Part shown: piece after piece, positions 32,929 through 42,889 of the stretch | Layout of the letters: every line of letters starts with the position of its first letter | Position numbering within the stretch: the stretch's first letter is position 1 | Source of the DNA: Planctomycetota bacterium | GTDB taxonomy: Bacteria > Planctomycetota > Planctomycetia > Planctomycetales > Planctomycetaceae | DNA: 50,635 nt | NCBI GenBank assembly: GCA_963578885.1 | Contig: CAUZEQ010000001.1 | Coordinates: 1 to 50,635, forward strand | Direction of reading: 5' to 3' | Position numbers and translations under genes: made by a program | Notes under the pieces: model-generated | What the model was told of the DNA's origin: nothing | The model's database searches: none | What the model saw: the letters and a program-made list of their open reading frames with translations, nothing else

Positions 32929-34329
32929 ATGCGTCACTCACTCGCCCTGCTACTCACACTCCTGACACTCAACTGTGCCCCCGCCGACACCAGGCCCAAC
33001 TTCATCGTCGTTTTCTGCGACGACCTGGGCTACGCCGACATCGGCCCCTTCGGCTCAAAAACTCACGACACGCCGGTGCTTGACCGTATGGCCCGCGAGG
33101 GCATGAAGCTGACCGACTTCTACTCGACCTGCTCGGTCTGCACCCCCTCGCGAGCGAGCCTGATGACCGGCTGCTACCCGCGACGGGTCAATATGCACTG
33201 CGACGAAAAGAACCTCTGCGTGCTCTTCCCCGCCGCCCGCAAGGGCCTGAACCCCTCCGAAATCACCGTCGCCGAAGTGCTCAAGACCCGAGGCTACGCC
33301 ACGATGGCCATCGGCAAATGGCACCTGGGCGACCACCCCGACTTCATGCCGACCAACCAGGGCTTCGATCACTACTTCGGCATCCCCTACAGCAACGACA
33401 TGAACCGCAAGAACGTCCCGCTGCCCCTGGTCCGTGACCTCAAGGTCCTCGCCTCGGGCATCCAGAAAGACACCTCGATCACCAGGCAGTACACCGAGGA
33501 GGCGGTGAAGTTCATCCACGCCAACAAGTCGCGACCCTTCTTCCTCTACCTGCCCCACACCGCGGTCCACCTGCCGCTGGTCCCAGCCCAGAGGTTCCGA
33601 GGCAAGTCGCGAGATGGACTCTATGGAGACTGGGTCCAGGAGATCGACTGGTCGATGGGTGAGTTGTTCAAGGCGATCTCCGAGTGCGGAATCGACAAGC
33701 AGACCCTGGTGCTGTTCACCTCGGACAACGGTTCGGCTCGAGCCCGACAGGGCAGCAACCTGCCTCTGCGAGGCCGCAAGGGGCGGACCGACGAGGGAGG
33801 CATGCGCGTGCCGTGTGTCGTCCGCTGGCCGGGCAGGATCCCGGCCGGAACCAGCAGCAAGGCCATCACCTGCACCCTCGACGTGCTGCCCACCCTGGCT
33901 CACCTCGCCGGTGCCAGGCCGCCTCGAGATCGCAAGATCGACGGCAAGAACATCTGGCCGATCCTGTCAGGTCAATCTGCAAAGGACGGAACCGATGCCG
34001 GGCACAGTGCCTTCTACTATTACCAGATGGACCAGCTGCAGGCGGTCCGCTCGGGACCGTGGAAGATGTTCGTCGCGATGAAGGCCAAGAAACGCAACTG
34101 GGGCAAACCCGAATCGGCTCAGCCACTCAAACTCTTCAACCTCGTCAAGGACATCCACGAAGACAGGAACGTGGCCAAGGCGAATCCCGAGGTGGTCAAG
34201 AGACTGATGGTGCTGATCGAGACGGCTCGAGCCGACCTGGGTGATACCAATCGTCCCGGCAAGGGCCAGCGAAAGGCCGGCTGGGTCAAGAAGGCCTCGC
34301 CTCGGCTGCTCAAACCCGCGGCCGAGTAG
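32929..34329 (+). CDS. Formylglycine-dependent sulfatase (arylsulfatase family), secreted
   Basis: Has a signal peptide (MRHSLALLLTLLTLNCAPA), PNFIVVFCDDLGYADIG and the CTPSRASLMTG (C-x-P-x-R) motif. GKWHLG is also present. Confidence 0.9.
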   Translation: MRHSLALLLTLLTLNCAPADTRPNFIVVFCDDLGYADIGPFGSKTHDTPVLDRMAREGMKLTDFYSTCSVCTPSRASLMTGCYPRRVNMHCDEKNLCVLFPAARKGLNPSEITVAEVLKTRGYATMAIGKWHLGDHPDFMPTNQGFDHYFGIPYSNDMNRKNVPLPLVRDLKVLASGIQKDTSITRQYTEEAVKFIHANKSRPFFLYLPHTAVHLPLVPAQRFRGKSRDGLYGDWVQEIDWSMGELFKAISECGIDKQTLVLFTSDNGSARARQGSNLPLRGRKGRTDEGGMRVPCVVRWPGRIPAGTSSKAITCTLDVLPTLAHLAGARPPRDRKIDGKNIWPILSGQSAKDGTDAGHSAFYYYQMDQLQAVRSGPWKMFVAMKAKKRNWGKPESAQPLKLFNLVKDIHEDRNVAKANPEVVKRLMVLIETARADLGDTNRPGKGQRKAGWVKKASPRLLKPAAE

Positions 34330-34334
34330 GGCTG

Positions 34335-35888
34335 CTAGTTCCAGTACGACCGATCCAGGGCTCGGAAGTTGATGGCTTCTGAGAGATGGTCTTCGGCGAT
34401 ATCTGGCAGGCCCGAGAGGTCGGCGATCGTGCGGGAGACACGCAGGATCCGGTCGTGAGCCCGGGCCGAGAGTCCCATCTGGTCCATCGCCAGCTTCAGC
34501 AGATTCCCCGCCGGATCACTCAGCTTGCAGTATTGGCGGATCTGCCTCGGGGTCATGTTCCCGTTGGTCCGCGTCGCCACGACACCATCCCTCTCGGTCT
34601 CTTCAAACCGCTCCACCTGCACCACCCGTGCGCTCTCGACCTGCTTGGCCATCGACTCGCTGTCGGTCCCCGGCGTGTCGTCGGCGAGCTCATGAAACGG
34701 CACACCGGGCACCTCGACATGGATGTCGATCCGATCCAGCAGCGGTCCGCTGATCTTGGACATGTAGCGTTCAATCTGAGACACCCGGCAATGACACTCA
34801 CGCCGCGGGTCGCCGCGGAATCCGCACGGGCAGGGGTTCATCGCGGCCACCATCATCAGGTTGGCCGGAAAGGTTACGCTGCCCAGTGCTCGAGAAATCG
34901 TCACCTGGTGCTCTTCCAACGGCTGCCTCAACACCTCCAGCGTCCGCCGGTTGAACTCGGGCAGCTCGTCGAGGAACAGCACACCGTGATGAGCCAGGCT
35001 GATCTCGCCCGGCGAAGGCCGGCTGCCGCCTCCCACCAACCCCGCCTCACTGATCGTGTGGTGAGGTGAGCGGAAGGGGCGATTGAGCATCAGGGGTCGG
35101 CCGGGAGCCAGGCGGCCCACGGCACTCCAGATCCGGGTCGTCTCGAGACTCTCCTGCGAGGTCAACTGGGGCAGGATGCCGCCGAGCCTTCGAGCCAACA
35201 GGGTCTTGCCGGTGCCCGGGGGACCGATCATCAGCAGGTGGTGCCGCCCGGCGGCGGCAACCACGACAGCCCGCTTGGCGGTTTCCTGGCCCTTCACATC
35301 CGAGTAGTCGATGTCGTAGCGTCCGTGGGCACGGATCTCCTGTTCCCAGCTGAACTCGGCCGGCTCGATCTCGATCGCCCCGGCGAGGTAGCCGACTGCC
35401 TCGGCCAGTGTCCCCACCGGGATCGCGTCCAGCCCTTCGACCACCGCCGCCTCGGCCACGTTCTCCAGCGGCACCACGATCCCTGCCCGACCCACCTCCC
35501 GAGCCGCCAACGCCATCGACAGCACCCCCCGGATCGGACGCAAGCGGCCATCCAGGGCCAACTCGCCCACAACCGCGAATTCTTTGAACTTCTCACCCTG
35601 CAATTGGCCACTGGCCACCAGCAGGCCCAGCGCAATCGGCAGGTCAAACGACGCGGCGTCCTTGGGGAGATCGGCGGGTGAAAGAGAAATGACGACGCGG
35701 TCGCTGGGCCGAACATATCCACTATTGACCAGGGCACGCTCGATCCGATGAGTGCTCTCGCGAACCGCAGCCTCGGCCAACCCGACCAGGATCGTTCGAG
35801 GCAGGCTGCCCGAGGAAATGTCGACCTCGACCTCGACAGCCCGTGCCTCGATCCCAAACAACGAATACGTGAACAACTTCGCCAGCAT
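34335..35888 (-). CDS. comM: YifB/ComM family Mg-chelatase-like AAA+ ATPase
   Basis: Contains MLAKLFTYSLFGIEARAVEVEVD, FDLPIALGLL, a Walker A motif GPPGTGKT, LFLDELPEF and a C-terminal RAHDRILRVSRTIADL. Start moved to ATG 35888, giving 517 aa, the typical family size. Confidence 0.88.
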   Translation of the reverse strand: MLAKLFTYSLFGIEARAVEVEVDISSGSLPRTILVGLAEAAVRESTHRIERALVNSGYVRPSDRVVISLSPADLPKDAASFDLPIALGLLVASGQLQGEKFKEFAVVGELALDGRLRPIRGVLSMALAAREVGRAGIVVPLENVAEAAVVEGLDAIPVGTLAEAVGYLAGAIEIEPAEFSWEQEIRAHGRYDIDYSDVKGQETAKRAVVVAAAGRHHLLMIGPPGTGKTLLARRLGGILPQLTSQESLETTRIWSAVGRLAPGRPLMLNRPFRSPHHTISEAGLVGGGSRPSPGEISLAHHGVLFLDELPEFNRRTLEVLRQPLEEHQVTISRALGSVTFPANLMMVAAMNPCPCGFRGDPRRECHCRVSQIERYMSKISGPLLDRIDIHVEVPGVPFHELADDTPGTDSESMAKQVESARVVQVERFEETERDGVVATRTNGNMTPRQIRQYCKLSDPAGNLLKLAMDQMGLSARAHDRILRVSRTIADLSGLPDIAEDHLSEAINFRALDRSYWN

Positions 35889-36098
35889 GGCAAACACCTC
35901 GGGCCCGCGGATTCCAGGGAAACCATCCGCAACGGCTGCCACAGACGGGGTCCTTCCCGCGAAAACAGAAGCAGCCGCCCGAGGCGAGCGGTTCACCGAT
36001 GATGATTCTGCGGATCGCCGAGGACCGCCCGCAAGTGCAATCCGGGCCAATCGGTCTTCAACTTGTGGCCGTTGGACCCAATCGGATAGCCTCAGTTC

Positions 36099-37526
36099 AT
36101 GCCCACCAGTCATCTTCTCTCCGGCCCACCCATCGCACGACGCGACCTGCTCCAGGTCGGATCGCTGGGCCTGACCGGCCTGGCCGTCCCGTCACTGTTC
36201 CGCCAGGCCGCTGCCGGCGGGCTGAGACCCGGTGCGGCCAAGTCGTGCCTGCTGTTCTTCCTCGACGGAGGACCCGCTCAGCACGACATGTGGGACATGA
36301 AGCCCGAGGCACCGGCTGAGGTTCGAGGCGAGTTCAAGCCGATCCGGACCACCGTACCCGACATCCACGTCTGCGAGGGTCTGCCCGGGCTCTCCCGACA
36401 GATGCACCACCTCTCGCTGGTCCGCTCGGTGACTCACGACGTGATGGTCCACAGCTCGGCCACCTACTACATGCTGACCGGCCGGCACCCTCAACCGGCC
36501 GCCAACCTCATCATCAAGGAAGAACCCGACAACTTCCCCCCCATCGGCTCGGTGCTCGCTCAACACCGACCGCTGCAGGACGTTCCCGAGTACGTGCAGC
36601 TGCCCGACATCATGTGGGACGCGGGTCACGACCTGCCCGGACAACGTGCCGGATTCCTGGGCCCGGGCTTCGACCCCATGGTCGTCGGCGACCCCAGCGT
36701 GAAGAATTACCGCGTGCCGGGCCTGTCGCTGCCCGCCGAGGTGCCACGCAGCCGCCTGGGTCGACGCCAGACCCTGCTCGAATTGCTCGACCGTGCCCCT
36801 CACCAGAGAATCCCTGAACCGGCCTTCGACGCGATGGACAAACACGCCCGCAAGGCCTTCAGCCTGCTCTCCTCGGTCAAGACGCGAGACGCGTTTGACC
36901 TGGGTCGTGAGCCGGCGGCGATGCGGAGGAAATACGGGTTGCCCGATCGCGAGGTCCGAACCACGGGAGCTCGCAACTTCGGTGGACTGCCCCACCTGGG
37001 CCAGTGCCTGCTGTTGGCTCGCAGGTTGATCGAAGCGGGAGTCCCCCTGGTGACCGTCTGCAGCGGCCGACGACGCGACTCGGCCTGGGACGGTCACCTC
37101 AGGCACTTCCCCATCCTCCGAAAATCTCTGCTGCCCTACTTCGACAAAGCCTTCCCCGCACTGCTCGAGGACATGCACGAGCGAGGACTGCTCGACGAGA
37201 CCCTGGTGGTCGCGATGGGCGAATTCGGACGGACTCCCAAGATGGGACAGGTCACCGTCGGAGCAGCGACGACGCCCGGAGGCCGAGACCACTGGTCGCA
37301 TTGCTACACGATCCTGATGGGCGGAGCCGGTATCCAGCCGGGCACCGTCTTCGGATCCTCCGACTCGCACGCCGGCTACCCGGCCAGTAACCCGGTCACG
37401 CCCGAAGATGTCGTGGCGACAATCTACTACGCACTGGGGCTGGATCCCGAGACCAGGATCACCGACCCGCAGGGTCAGCCGCACGCGATCGCCCTGGGCC
37501 AACCCATCCAGGGCATCCTGGCGTAA
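36099..37526 (+). CDS. DUF1501 domain protein, Tat signal (fourth copy in the window)
   Basis: Contains IARRDLLQVGSLGLTGLAV, KSCLLFFLDGGPAQHDMWDMKPEAP, VRGEFKPIRTTVPDIHVCEGLP, GEFGRTPK and GRDHW. Confidence 0.87.
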   Translation: MPTSHLLSGPPIARRDLLQVGSLGLTGLAVPSLFRQAAAGGLRPGAAKSCLLFFLDGGPAQHDMWDMKPEAPAEVRGEFKPIRTTVPDIHVCEGLPGLSRQMHHLSLVRSVTHDVMVHSSATYYMLTGRHPQPAANLIIKEEPDNFPPIGSVLAQHRPLQDVPEYVQLPDIMWDAGHDLPGQRAGFLGPGFDPMVVGDPSVKNYRVPGLSLPAEVPRSRLGRRQTLLELLDRAPHQRIPEPAFDAMDKHARKAFSLLSSVKTRDAFDLGREPAAMRRKYGLPDREVRTTGARNFGGLPHLGQCLLLARRLIEAGVPLVTVCSGRRRDSAWDGHLRHFPILRKSLLPYFDKAFPALLEDMHERGLLDETLVVAMGEFGRTPKMGQVTVGAATTPGGRDHWSHCYTILMGGAGIQPGTVFGSSDSHAGYPASNPVTPEDVVATIYYALGLDPETRITDPQGQPHAIALGQPIQGILA

Positions 37527-37619
37527 CCGGCGGGGTCAGACCCCAACAGCTACCGCCGTCTCGCACGATTCGCTAGTCTGAAGTCCCACCCGGATTCGTG
37601 CTGCCCTGGAGCCGTCTTG

Positions 37620-38444
37620 ATGAAAACCGCTTTGTCCTGCCTGCTGATTCTGATCTGTGTCTCATTGGTCTCGGCCGCCGCGCCCAAGGACAGGAAACCC
37701 GCCGCCCTACCGCTGCTCAACGATGCCGGACACGGCTCAGTCAGCGGTCAGTTCACGCTCGATGGCGACACCCCTCCAAGGAGGATCCTGGTCCGCAAGG
37801 GTGACCCCAAGGCCAAGGACGGACGCATCTGTGCCGCCACCGACCTGCCCAGCGACGAACTGGTCGTCGATCCCAAGACCCAGGGCATCCGGCACATCTT
37901 TGTCTACATCCGCAAGGTCGACAAAACCACGATCCACCCCAAGCTGAAGACCAGTGCCCAGAAAAACGTCGTCTTCGACCAAAAGGGCTGCCGCTTTACA
38001 CCTCACACACTGATGGTCCGCACCGACCAGTCGGTACTCGTCAAGTCCGGCGACAACTGTGCTCACAACACCCACACCTACCCGATCCGCAACAAGGCCG
38101 ACAACTTCATCCTCAACGCCAACAACCGCATCGGCCTGAAGTTCAGCTACCCGATCGCCGAGTTCCTGCCGACCACCATCAAGTGCGACATCCACCCGTG
38201 GATGAAGGCCTACTGGCTGATACTGGATCACCCCTACATGGCCATCACCGACGCCCAGGGACGATTCACCGTCACCGGGTTGCCGCCGGGTACGTACGAA
38301 TTCCGCTGCTGGCACGAACTGGTCGGGTACGTCGCAGCGGGTTCGAAGCGAGGCTTCAGCGTGACGATCAAGGCCAACCAGACGACCAGGCTGCCGACGG
38401 TCAAGGTGCCGGTGGCCAAGTTTATCGAAGAGACCGACGAGTAG
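37620..38444 (+). CDS. Secreted cupredoxin-like (type-1 copper site pattern) protein with C-terminal Ig/CarboxypepD_reg-like domain
   Basis: Has a signal peptide (MKTALSCLLILICVSLVSAAAP). The candidate copper ligands are H in DNCAHNTH and C-x2-H-x2-M in KCDIHPWM. These are followed by GRFTVTGLPPGTYEF. This resembles proteins often annotated as methylamine utilization or plastocyanin-like. Confidence 0.55.
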   Translation: MKTALSCLLILICVSLVSAAAPKDRKPAALPLLNDAGHGSVSGQFTLDGDTPPRRILVRKGDPKAKDGRICAATDLPSDELVVDPKTQGIRHIFVYIRKVDKTTIHPKLKTSAQKNVVFDQKGCRFTPHTLMVRTDQSVLVKSGDNCAHNTHTYPIRNKADNFILNANNRIGLKFSYPIAEFLPTTIKCDIHPWMKAYWLILDHPYMAITDAQGRFTVTGLPPGTYEFRCWHELVGYVAAGSKRGFSVTIKANQTTRLPTVKVPVAKFIEETDE

Positions 38445-38494
38445 GCTCGCCCGGCCACGACCTGCCCTCCAGTCACTCACGCCAGGGTGCCGCG

Positions 38495-38665
38495 ATGCGA
38501 CAGCAGCTCGGCTTCGTGATGCAGCTGGCCGTGCTGACATTGCTGCCATTTCTGATCGTCTGGCAACTCAACGGCATGATGCGGCTGATCTGGATGCCCG
38601 TCCTGACTCTCGTCGGCATCGGCCTGTTCGCCCTGGGCACCAGGCTGCGAGGAGGCCGGGCATGA
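38495..38665 (+). CDS. Small two-helix membrane protein (56 aa)
   Basis: The translation is MRQQLGFVMQLAVLTLLPFLIVWQLNGMMRLIWMPVLTLVGIGLFALGTRLRGGRA. Its stop overlaps the ATG of the next gene (ATGA at 38662-38665), which suggests translational coupling. Confidence 0.45.
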   Translation: MRQQLGFVMQLAVLTLLPFLIVWQLNGMMRLIWMPVLTLVGIGLFALGTRLRGGRA

Positions 38666-40752
38666 ACCGCACCGTCGGGCTGCTCGCCCTGATCATCTCG
38701 CTGGCCCCCGCCTCCGGACCGGCTCTCGCCCAACCTTTAACAAAAACAATAACCCTCACCGTCACCGTCGAAACCAGCACCGCCGCGCGTCGCAAGGTCC
38801 GACTCGCCCAGGAATACCTCCGGCGCAGCGACTGGGCCGACGCCGTTTCTCTGCTACGCAGAACCCTCGACGATCACTCCGATCACCTCGTCGAAGTCGA
38901 ACCCGGCCGCTACCTCCGCACCTCCTCACTCGTCAACCGCCTGCTGGTTGACATGCCGCCGGCCGGCCTGGCCATCTACCGCAGCCAGGTCGATCCGCAG
39001 GCCCGACGCTGGTTCGAAGCCGGGACCGCCGAAAACGACCCCGCCGCCGTATCGCGGATCCTCGACGAAGCCTACGCCAGCCGCTTTGCCGATGATGCAC
39101 TCTGGTGGCTCGGCGAACAGGCCTGGCAGGCCAACCGACCTCGAACCGCCGCACGCTACTGGCGACAACTGGTTCCCCGGTCGAAAACTCCCAGGAACCC
39201 GAACCGCAACCGCCGGCTCGGGTTTCCCGACAGCCGGCACCCCGAGCCGCTGGTTCGAGCCCGACTGGTGCTGTGCCACTGCCTCTGTGGTCAACTCGAA
39301 AGAGCTCGGCTCGAATGGACCGAACTGAAAAGACGCCACCCCGACGCTCGGGGCACGCTGGCCGGCAAGAGAGGCATCCTGGTCAACCTGCTGGCCGATT
39401 GGCTCGCTCGGCCCGAACTCTGGCCCAGGCCCTCTGCTGCCTCGACCCACGCCACCTTCGGCGGCACGACACAACGCAATGGCTCGGAAACGACCCCGAT
39501 AGATCCCGGTGCACCACTCTGGCAAACCCGCATCGACAACTCGCTGTGCGCCACAGTGTCGCAGCACACCGACCGACATCCCGTGGTCCTCGACAATCTC
39601 CTCTTCGTTGCCGACTCGTTCGGAATCCACGCCTTTAACCTCGAAACCGGACTCCCCGCCTGGTCAACAGACACCGCGCCGCTGCCGCTGTATCCTTCCG
39701 AACCCCCCGCCACGCCAGTCCGAGCCGCCCAGCCACTCTCAGGACGTGTCGCCACCAGCCTCAGCATCTCCGGCGGACGACTCTACGCCCGGATCGGATC
39801 TCCCGTCACCGCCGCGGCCGCTCGAGAACCACGCCCGCTCTTTCACGAACTCGTCGCACTCGACGTGGCCAACGGCGAGGGACGCCTGGTGCTGAAAGTC
39901 GAGCCCGACGTGATCTCCCTCGACGATGCACGAGGCGGCTGGTCATTCGATGGCCCACCACTGGTCATCGGCAGTCGGCTGTTCGTCACCACCCGGCGAG
40001 GACACCCGCAGGCGGAGGTCGGAATCGCCTGCCTGGATGCTGATTCGGGAACACAACTCTGGCACCAGAGACTGGCTGCGGTCGTGACCAACGCGGAACA
40101 GTCTCACAACGTCGTCACCCACAACCTGCTGGCCGCCAGCGATGGCCGGTTGATCTACTGTGGCGATACCGGAGTCGTCGCACGACTCGATTCGGCCACC
40201 GGATCCGTCGCCTGGATCTCAATACTCGAACCCCCCACCGGACCTGGCCTCTGCTGCAGCCTCCCCGATGACGACTCGGGGCTCGTCCTAGTACGTAACG
40301 GGACACAGGGGCTCACCGCGCTGGACATCGAAGACGGACACACCGCCTGGTCCCGACGGCTGCCGGGGGGTATCCAATACCTGCTCGCCGTGCGAGACGG
40401 CCGAGCCATCGTCTCGGGTCGCTCGATCTTCGCTCTCGATGTCCACTCCGGACGCATCGCCTGGCAGAGACTGGCTCGACAACAGCACCGGTTTGGCCGC
40501 GGCCGCGGACTCGTCGCCCAGGGTGTCGTTTACTGGCCCACCCGGGAACTGCTGCACCTGCTCGAACTCGACTCCGGACAACCGCTCAGACAACCCGTCC
40601 GGCTCGATGTTCGAGCCTGCCAGGGCGGTAACCTGCTGCTCTCGCAACACAAACTCGTCATCTGTGGTGACGGGCAAATCACCGTGCTGGGACCCTTCGC
40701 AGGACTGTTGCCCAAACCACGGTTTGACAATTCGACCAGTCCTGCTCGATGA
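38662..40752 (+). CDS. PQQ-like (BamB-type) beta-propeller protein with N-terminal helical/TPR-like region, secreted
   Basis: Has a signal peptide (LLALIISLAPASGPALA) and repeated propeller motifs: LETGLPAWS, DADSGTQLWH, DSATGSVAWI, IEDGHTAWS, VHSGRIAWQ and LDSGQPLRQ. Confidence 0.72.
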   Translation: MNRTVGLLALIISLAPASGPALAQPLTKTITLTVTVETSTAARRKVRLAQEYLRRSDWADAVSLLRRTLDDHSDHLVEVEPGRYLRTSSLVNRLLVDMPPAGLAIYRSQVDPQARRWFEAGTAENDPAAVSRILDEAYASRFADDALWWLGEQAWQANRPRTAARYWRQLVPRSKTPRNPNRNRRLGFPDSRHPEPLVRARLVLCHCLCGQLERARLEWTELKRRHPDARGTLAGKRGILVNLLADWLARPELWPRPSAASTHATFGGTTQRNGSETTPIDPGAPLWQTRIDNSLCATVSQHTDRHPVVLDNLLFVADSFGIHAFNLETGLPAWSTDTAPLPLYPSEPPATPVRAAQPLSGRVATSLSISGGRLYARIGSPVTAAAAREPRPLFHELVALDVANGEGRLVLKVEPDVISLDDARGGWSFDGPPLVIGSRLFVTTRRGHPQAEVGIACLDADSGTQLWHQRLAAVVTNAEQSHNVVTHNLLAASDGRLIYCGDTGVVARLDSATGSVAWISILEPPTGPGLCCSLPDDDSGLVLVRNGTQGLTALDIEDGHTAWSRRLPGGIQYLLAVRDGRAIVSGRSIFALDVHSGRIAWQRLARQQHRFGRGRGLVAQGVVYWPTRELLHLLELDSGQPLRQPVRLDVRACQGGNLLLSQHKLVICGDGQITVLGPFAGLLPKPRFDNSTSPAR

Positions 40753-40800
40753 TACAACTCGACTCTCCGTCTCTCACACTCCTCTCACGAGCCTCCCAAC

Positions 40801-41913
40801 GTGTCCTCAGACACACCCACACCGCAGCCGACACCGCAGCCGACACCGCAACCGAAACAGCACATCGAGCCGGACCAGGCGGCGGTCAAGCGGCTGAACG
40901 AAGCGGCTGAGCGGATCCATGGTGAGTTGGGGCAGGTGATCGTCGGCCAGGCTGCGGTGATCGAGGAACTGCTGGTGGCGATGCTGGCTGGAGGCCACGC
41001 GTTGCTGGTGGGTGTGCCTGGTTTGGCCAAGACGCTGATGGTCCGCACCCTCGCCGACACGCTGGGACTCTCCTTCTCACGCATCCAGTTCACTCCCGAC
41101 CTGATGCCGGCAGACATCACCGGCACCGAGGTGATCCAGGAGGATCGCAGCAGCGGGACGCGGGACTTCAAGTTCCTGGCCGGCCCGGTCTTCGCCAACG
41201 TGGTGCTGGCCGATGAGATCAACCGCACGCCTCCCAAGACCCAGGCCGCGCTGCTCGAGGCGATGGAAGAGCACCAGGTCACGGCCGGAGGACGTCGGCA
41301 CCAGTTACCCGAACCCTTCTTCGTCCTGGCCACTCAGAACCCGATCGAACAGGAGGGCACCTATCCGCTCCCCGAAGCCCAGCTCGATCGATTCATGTTC
41401 CAGGTCCTGGTCGACTACCCGGCGGCGGACGAGGAGTTCGAGATCATCCGCAGGACCACGGCCGACGAGTCGCCGGTCGCTCAGACGGTGATCGAACACG
41501 ACGATGTCGTGGCCCTGCAGCAGTTGGTCCGGAGAATTCCGGTCGCCGATCACGTCATCCGCTACGCCATCGATCTCTGCCGCCTCTCGCGACCCACCCG
41601 ATCCTCCGACACCGAACCCGACGGGTTCATCGATCGGTACGTGCAATGGGGTGCCGGGCCGCGAGCCGGGCAATCGCTGGTGCTCGGTGGTAAGGCTCGA
41701 GCCGTCCTCGCGGGACGCACGTTTGTCGGCATCGACGACATCCGGGCCGTCGCCTACCCGGTGCTACGGCACCGGATCATCACCAGTTTCCATGCCGAGG
41801 CCGACCGGATTGTCCCCAACGATGTCGTCGACTGGCTGCTCAAAGAGACTCCCGCCGTCGAGTCGATCGACAACCAGGCCGTGGCACGAATCTTCCGGGG
41901 ATCCGATCAGTGA
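40801..41913 (+). CDS. moxR: MoxR-family AAA+ ATPase (AAA_3)
   Basis: Contains [14 protein letters not shown] (Walker A), [29 protein letters not shown] (Walker B and sensor) and [27 protein letters not shown] start. The N-terminus carries a [14 protein letters not shown] repeat. Confidence 0.9.
   Translation: MSSDTPTPQPTPQPTPQPKQHIEPDQAAVKRLNEAAERIHGELGQVIVGQAAVIEELLVAMLAGGHALLVGVPGLAKTLMVRTLADTLGLSFSRIQFTPDLMPADITGTEVIQEDRSSGTRDFKFLAGPVFANVVLADEINRTPPKTQAALLEAMEEHQVTAGGRRHQLPEPFFVLATQNPIEQEGTYPLPEAQLDRFMFQVLVDYPAADEEFEIIRRTTADESPVAQTVIEHDDVVALQQLVRRIPVADHVIRYAIDLCRLSRPTRSSDTEPDGFIDRYVQWGAGPRAGQSLVLGGKARAVLAGRTFVGIDDIRAVAYPVLRHRIITSFHAEADRIVPNDVVDWLLKETPAVESIDNQAVARIFRGSDQ
40819..40854 (+). 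repeat. 12-bp tandem repeat ACACCGCAGCCG x3 (third copy has one substitution), coding for (TPQP)n
   Basis: Read directly from the sequence. The copies are 40819-40830, 40831-40842 and 40843-40854. Confidence 0.9.
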
Positions 41914-42866
41914 CCGCTGACGGCCAGGTGTCCACCGACCCGGTGCCCTCAGAGACCACTCCCAACCTGGTCGACTCGACACTCCAGTCCCGCCTCCACG
42001 GACTCACGCTCGAGACCCGCCGTCGGCTCGAGGGTACGGTGACCGGGCGTCACCGGAGTCGGCTGAGAGGGTTTTCGGCCGAGTTTGCCGAGCACCGCGA
42101 GTATGTCGCCGGAGACGACCTGCGGTACGTCGACTGGAAAGTCTACGGCCGCAGCGACCGGTATCACCTGAAGCAATTCGAGGACGAGACCAACTTCTCG
42201 TGCTGGCTGGTTCTGGACACCAGCGAGTCGATGTCGTACCGCTCGGGGGACGCCCCACTCTCGAAACTCGACCACGCCCGCCGGGCCGCAGCAGCCCTGG
42301 CCTGGCTGGTCCTGCGACAGTCCGATGCCGTCGGACTGGTCACCGTCGCCGGCAAGCTCGGACAACTCCTCCCACCCTCCACCCAACCCTCGCACCTCGG
42401 GCAACTCAACCAGGCCCTGCTTGCGAGCTCCGCCGAGGGTCCGACCGGGCTGGGCTCGGCCTTCAGCGACCTCGCCTCCCGACTGACTCGACCCGCCATC
42501 GTCATCTGCTTCAGCGACCTCTTCGATGACCTCGATCAGACCTTCGCGGGGCTCGAACAACTCGCCTGGCGAGGCCATGATGTGGTGGTGCTGCAGGTGA
42601 TCGACCCGGCCGAGCAGGACTTTCCCTTCGAAGACCCGACCCGGTTCGTGGGGATGGAAGGTGAAGCCGACCAGGTGGTCGAACCCCGGGCACTGGCCGA
42701 TGCCTACCGAGCCGAATTCCGCCGGTTCCTCGAAGACGTCTCGACACGCTGCCGCTCGATGCAGATGGACTACCGCCTGCTGCGAAGCGACGTACCGCTG
42801 GGTGACGTGCTCCCCCGCTTCCTGCAAGCCCGCCGGCGTCGCCGGGGACCAGGGGCCAGGCCATGA
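41910..42866 (+). CDS. DUF58 domain protein (vWA-like, MoxR partner)
   Basis: Contains GRHRSRLRGFSAEFAEHREYVAGDDLRYVDWKVYGRSDRYHLKQFEDE, the hallmark DUF58 block. The GTG start overlaps the moxR stop (GTGA). Confidence 0.88.
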   Translation: MTADGQVSTDPVPSETTPNLVDSTLQSRLHGLTLETRRRLEGTVTGRHRSRLRGFSAEFAEHREYVAGDDLRYVDWKVYGRSDRYHLKQFEDETNFSCWLVLDTSESMSYRSGDAPLSKLDHARRAAAALAWLVLRQSDAVGLVTVAGKLGQLLPPSTQPSHLGQLNQALLASSAEGPTGLGSAFSDLASRLTRPAIVICFSDLFDDLDQTFAGLEQLAWRGHDVVVLQVIDPAEQDFPFEDPTRFVGMEGEADQVVEPRALADAYRAEFRRFLEDVSTRCRSMQMDYRLLRSDVPLGDVLPRFLQARRRRRGPGARP

Positions 42867-42889
42867 TTTCCATGATTTCCATGATTTCC
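42863..42889 (+). repeat. 9-bp tandem repeat ATGATTTCC x3 at the start codon (MISMISMIS)
   Basis: The copies are 42863-42871, 42872-42880 and 42881-42889. They give three in-frame ATGs, and the first overlaps the upstream TGA. Confidence 0.95.

Noticed and set aside
37532-37544. GGGGTCAGACCCC after the DUF1501 stop as an independent terminator hairpin.
   Set aside because: A 6-bp stem with a 1-nt loop cannot fold as a hairpin. I treat it as a truncated remnant of a family-B repeat rather than a functional feature.
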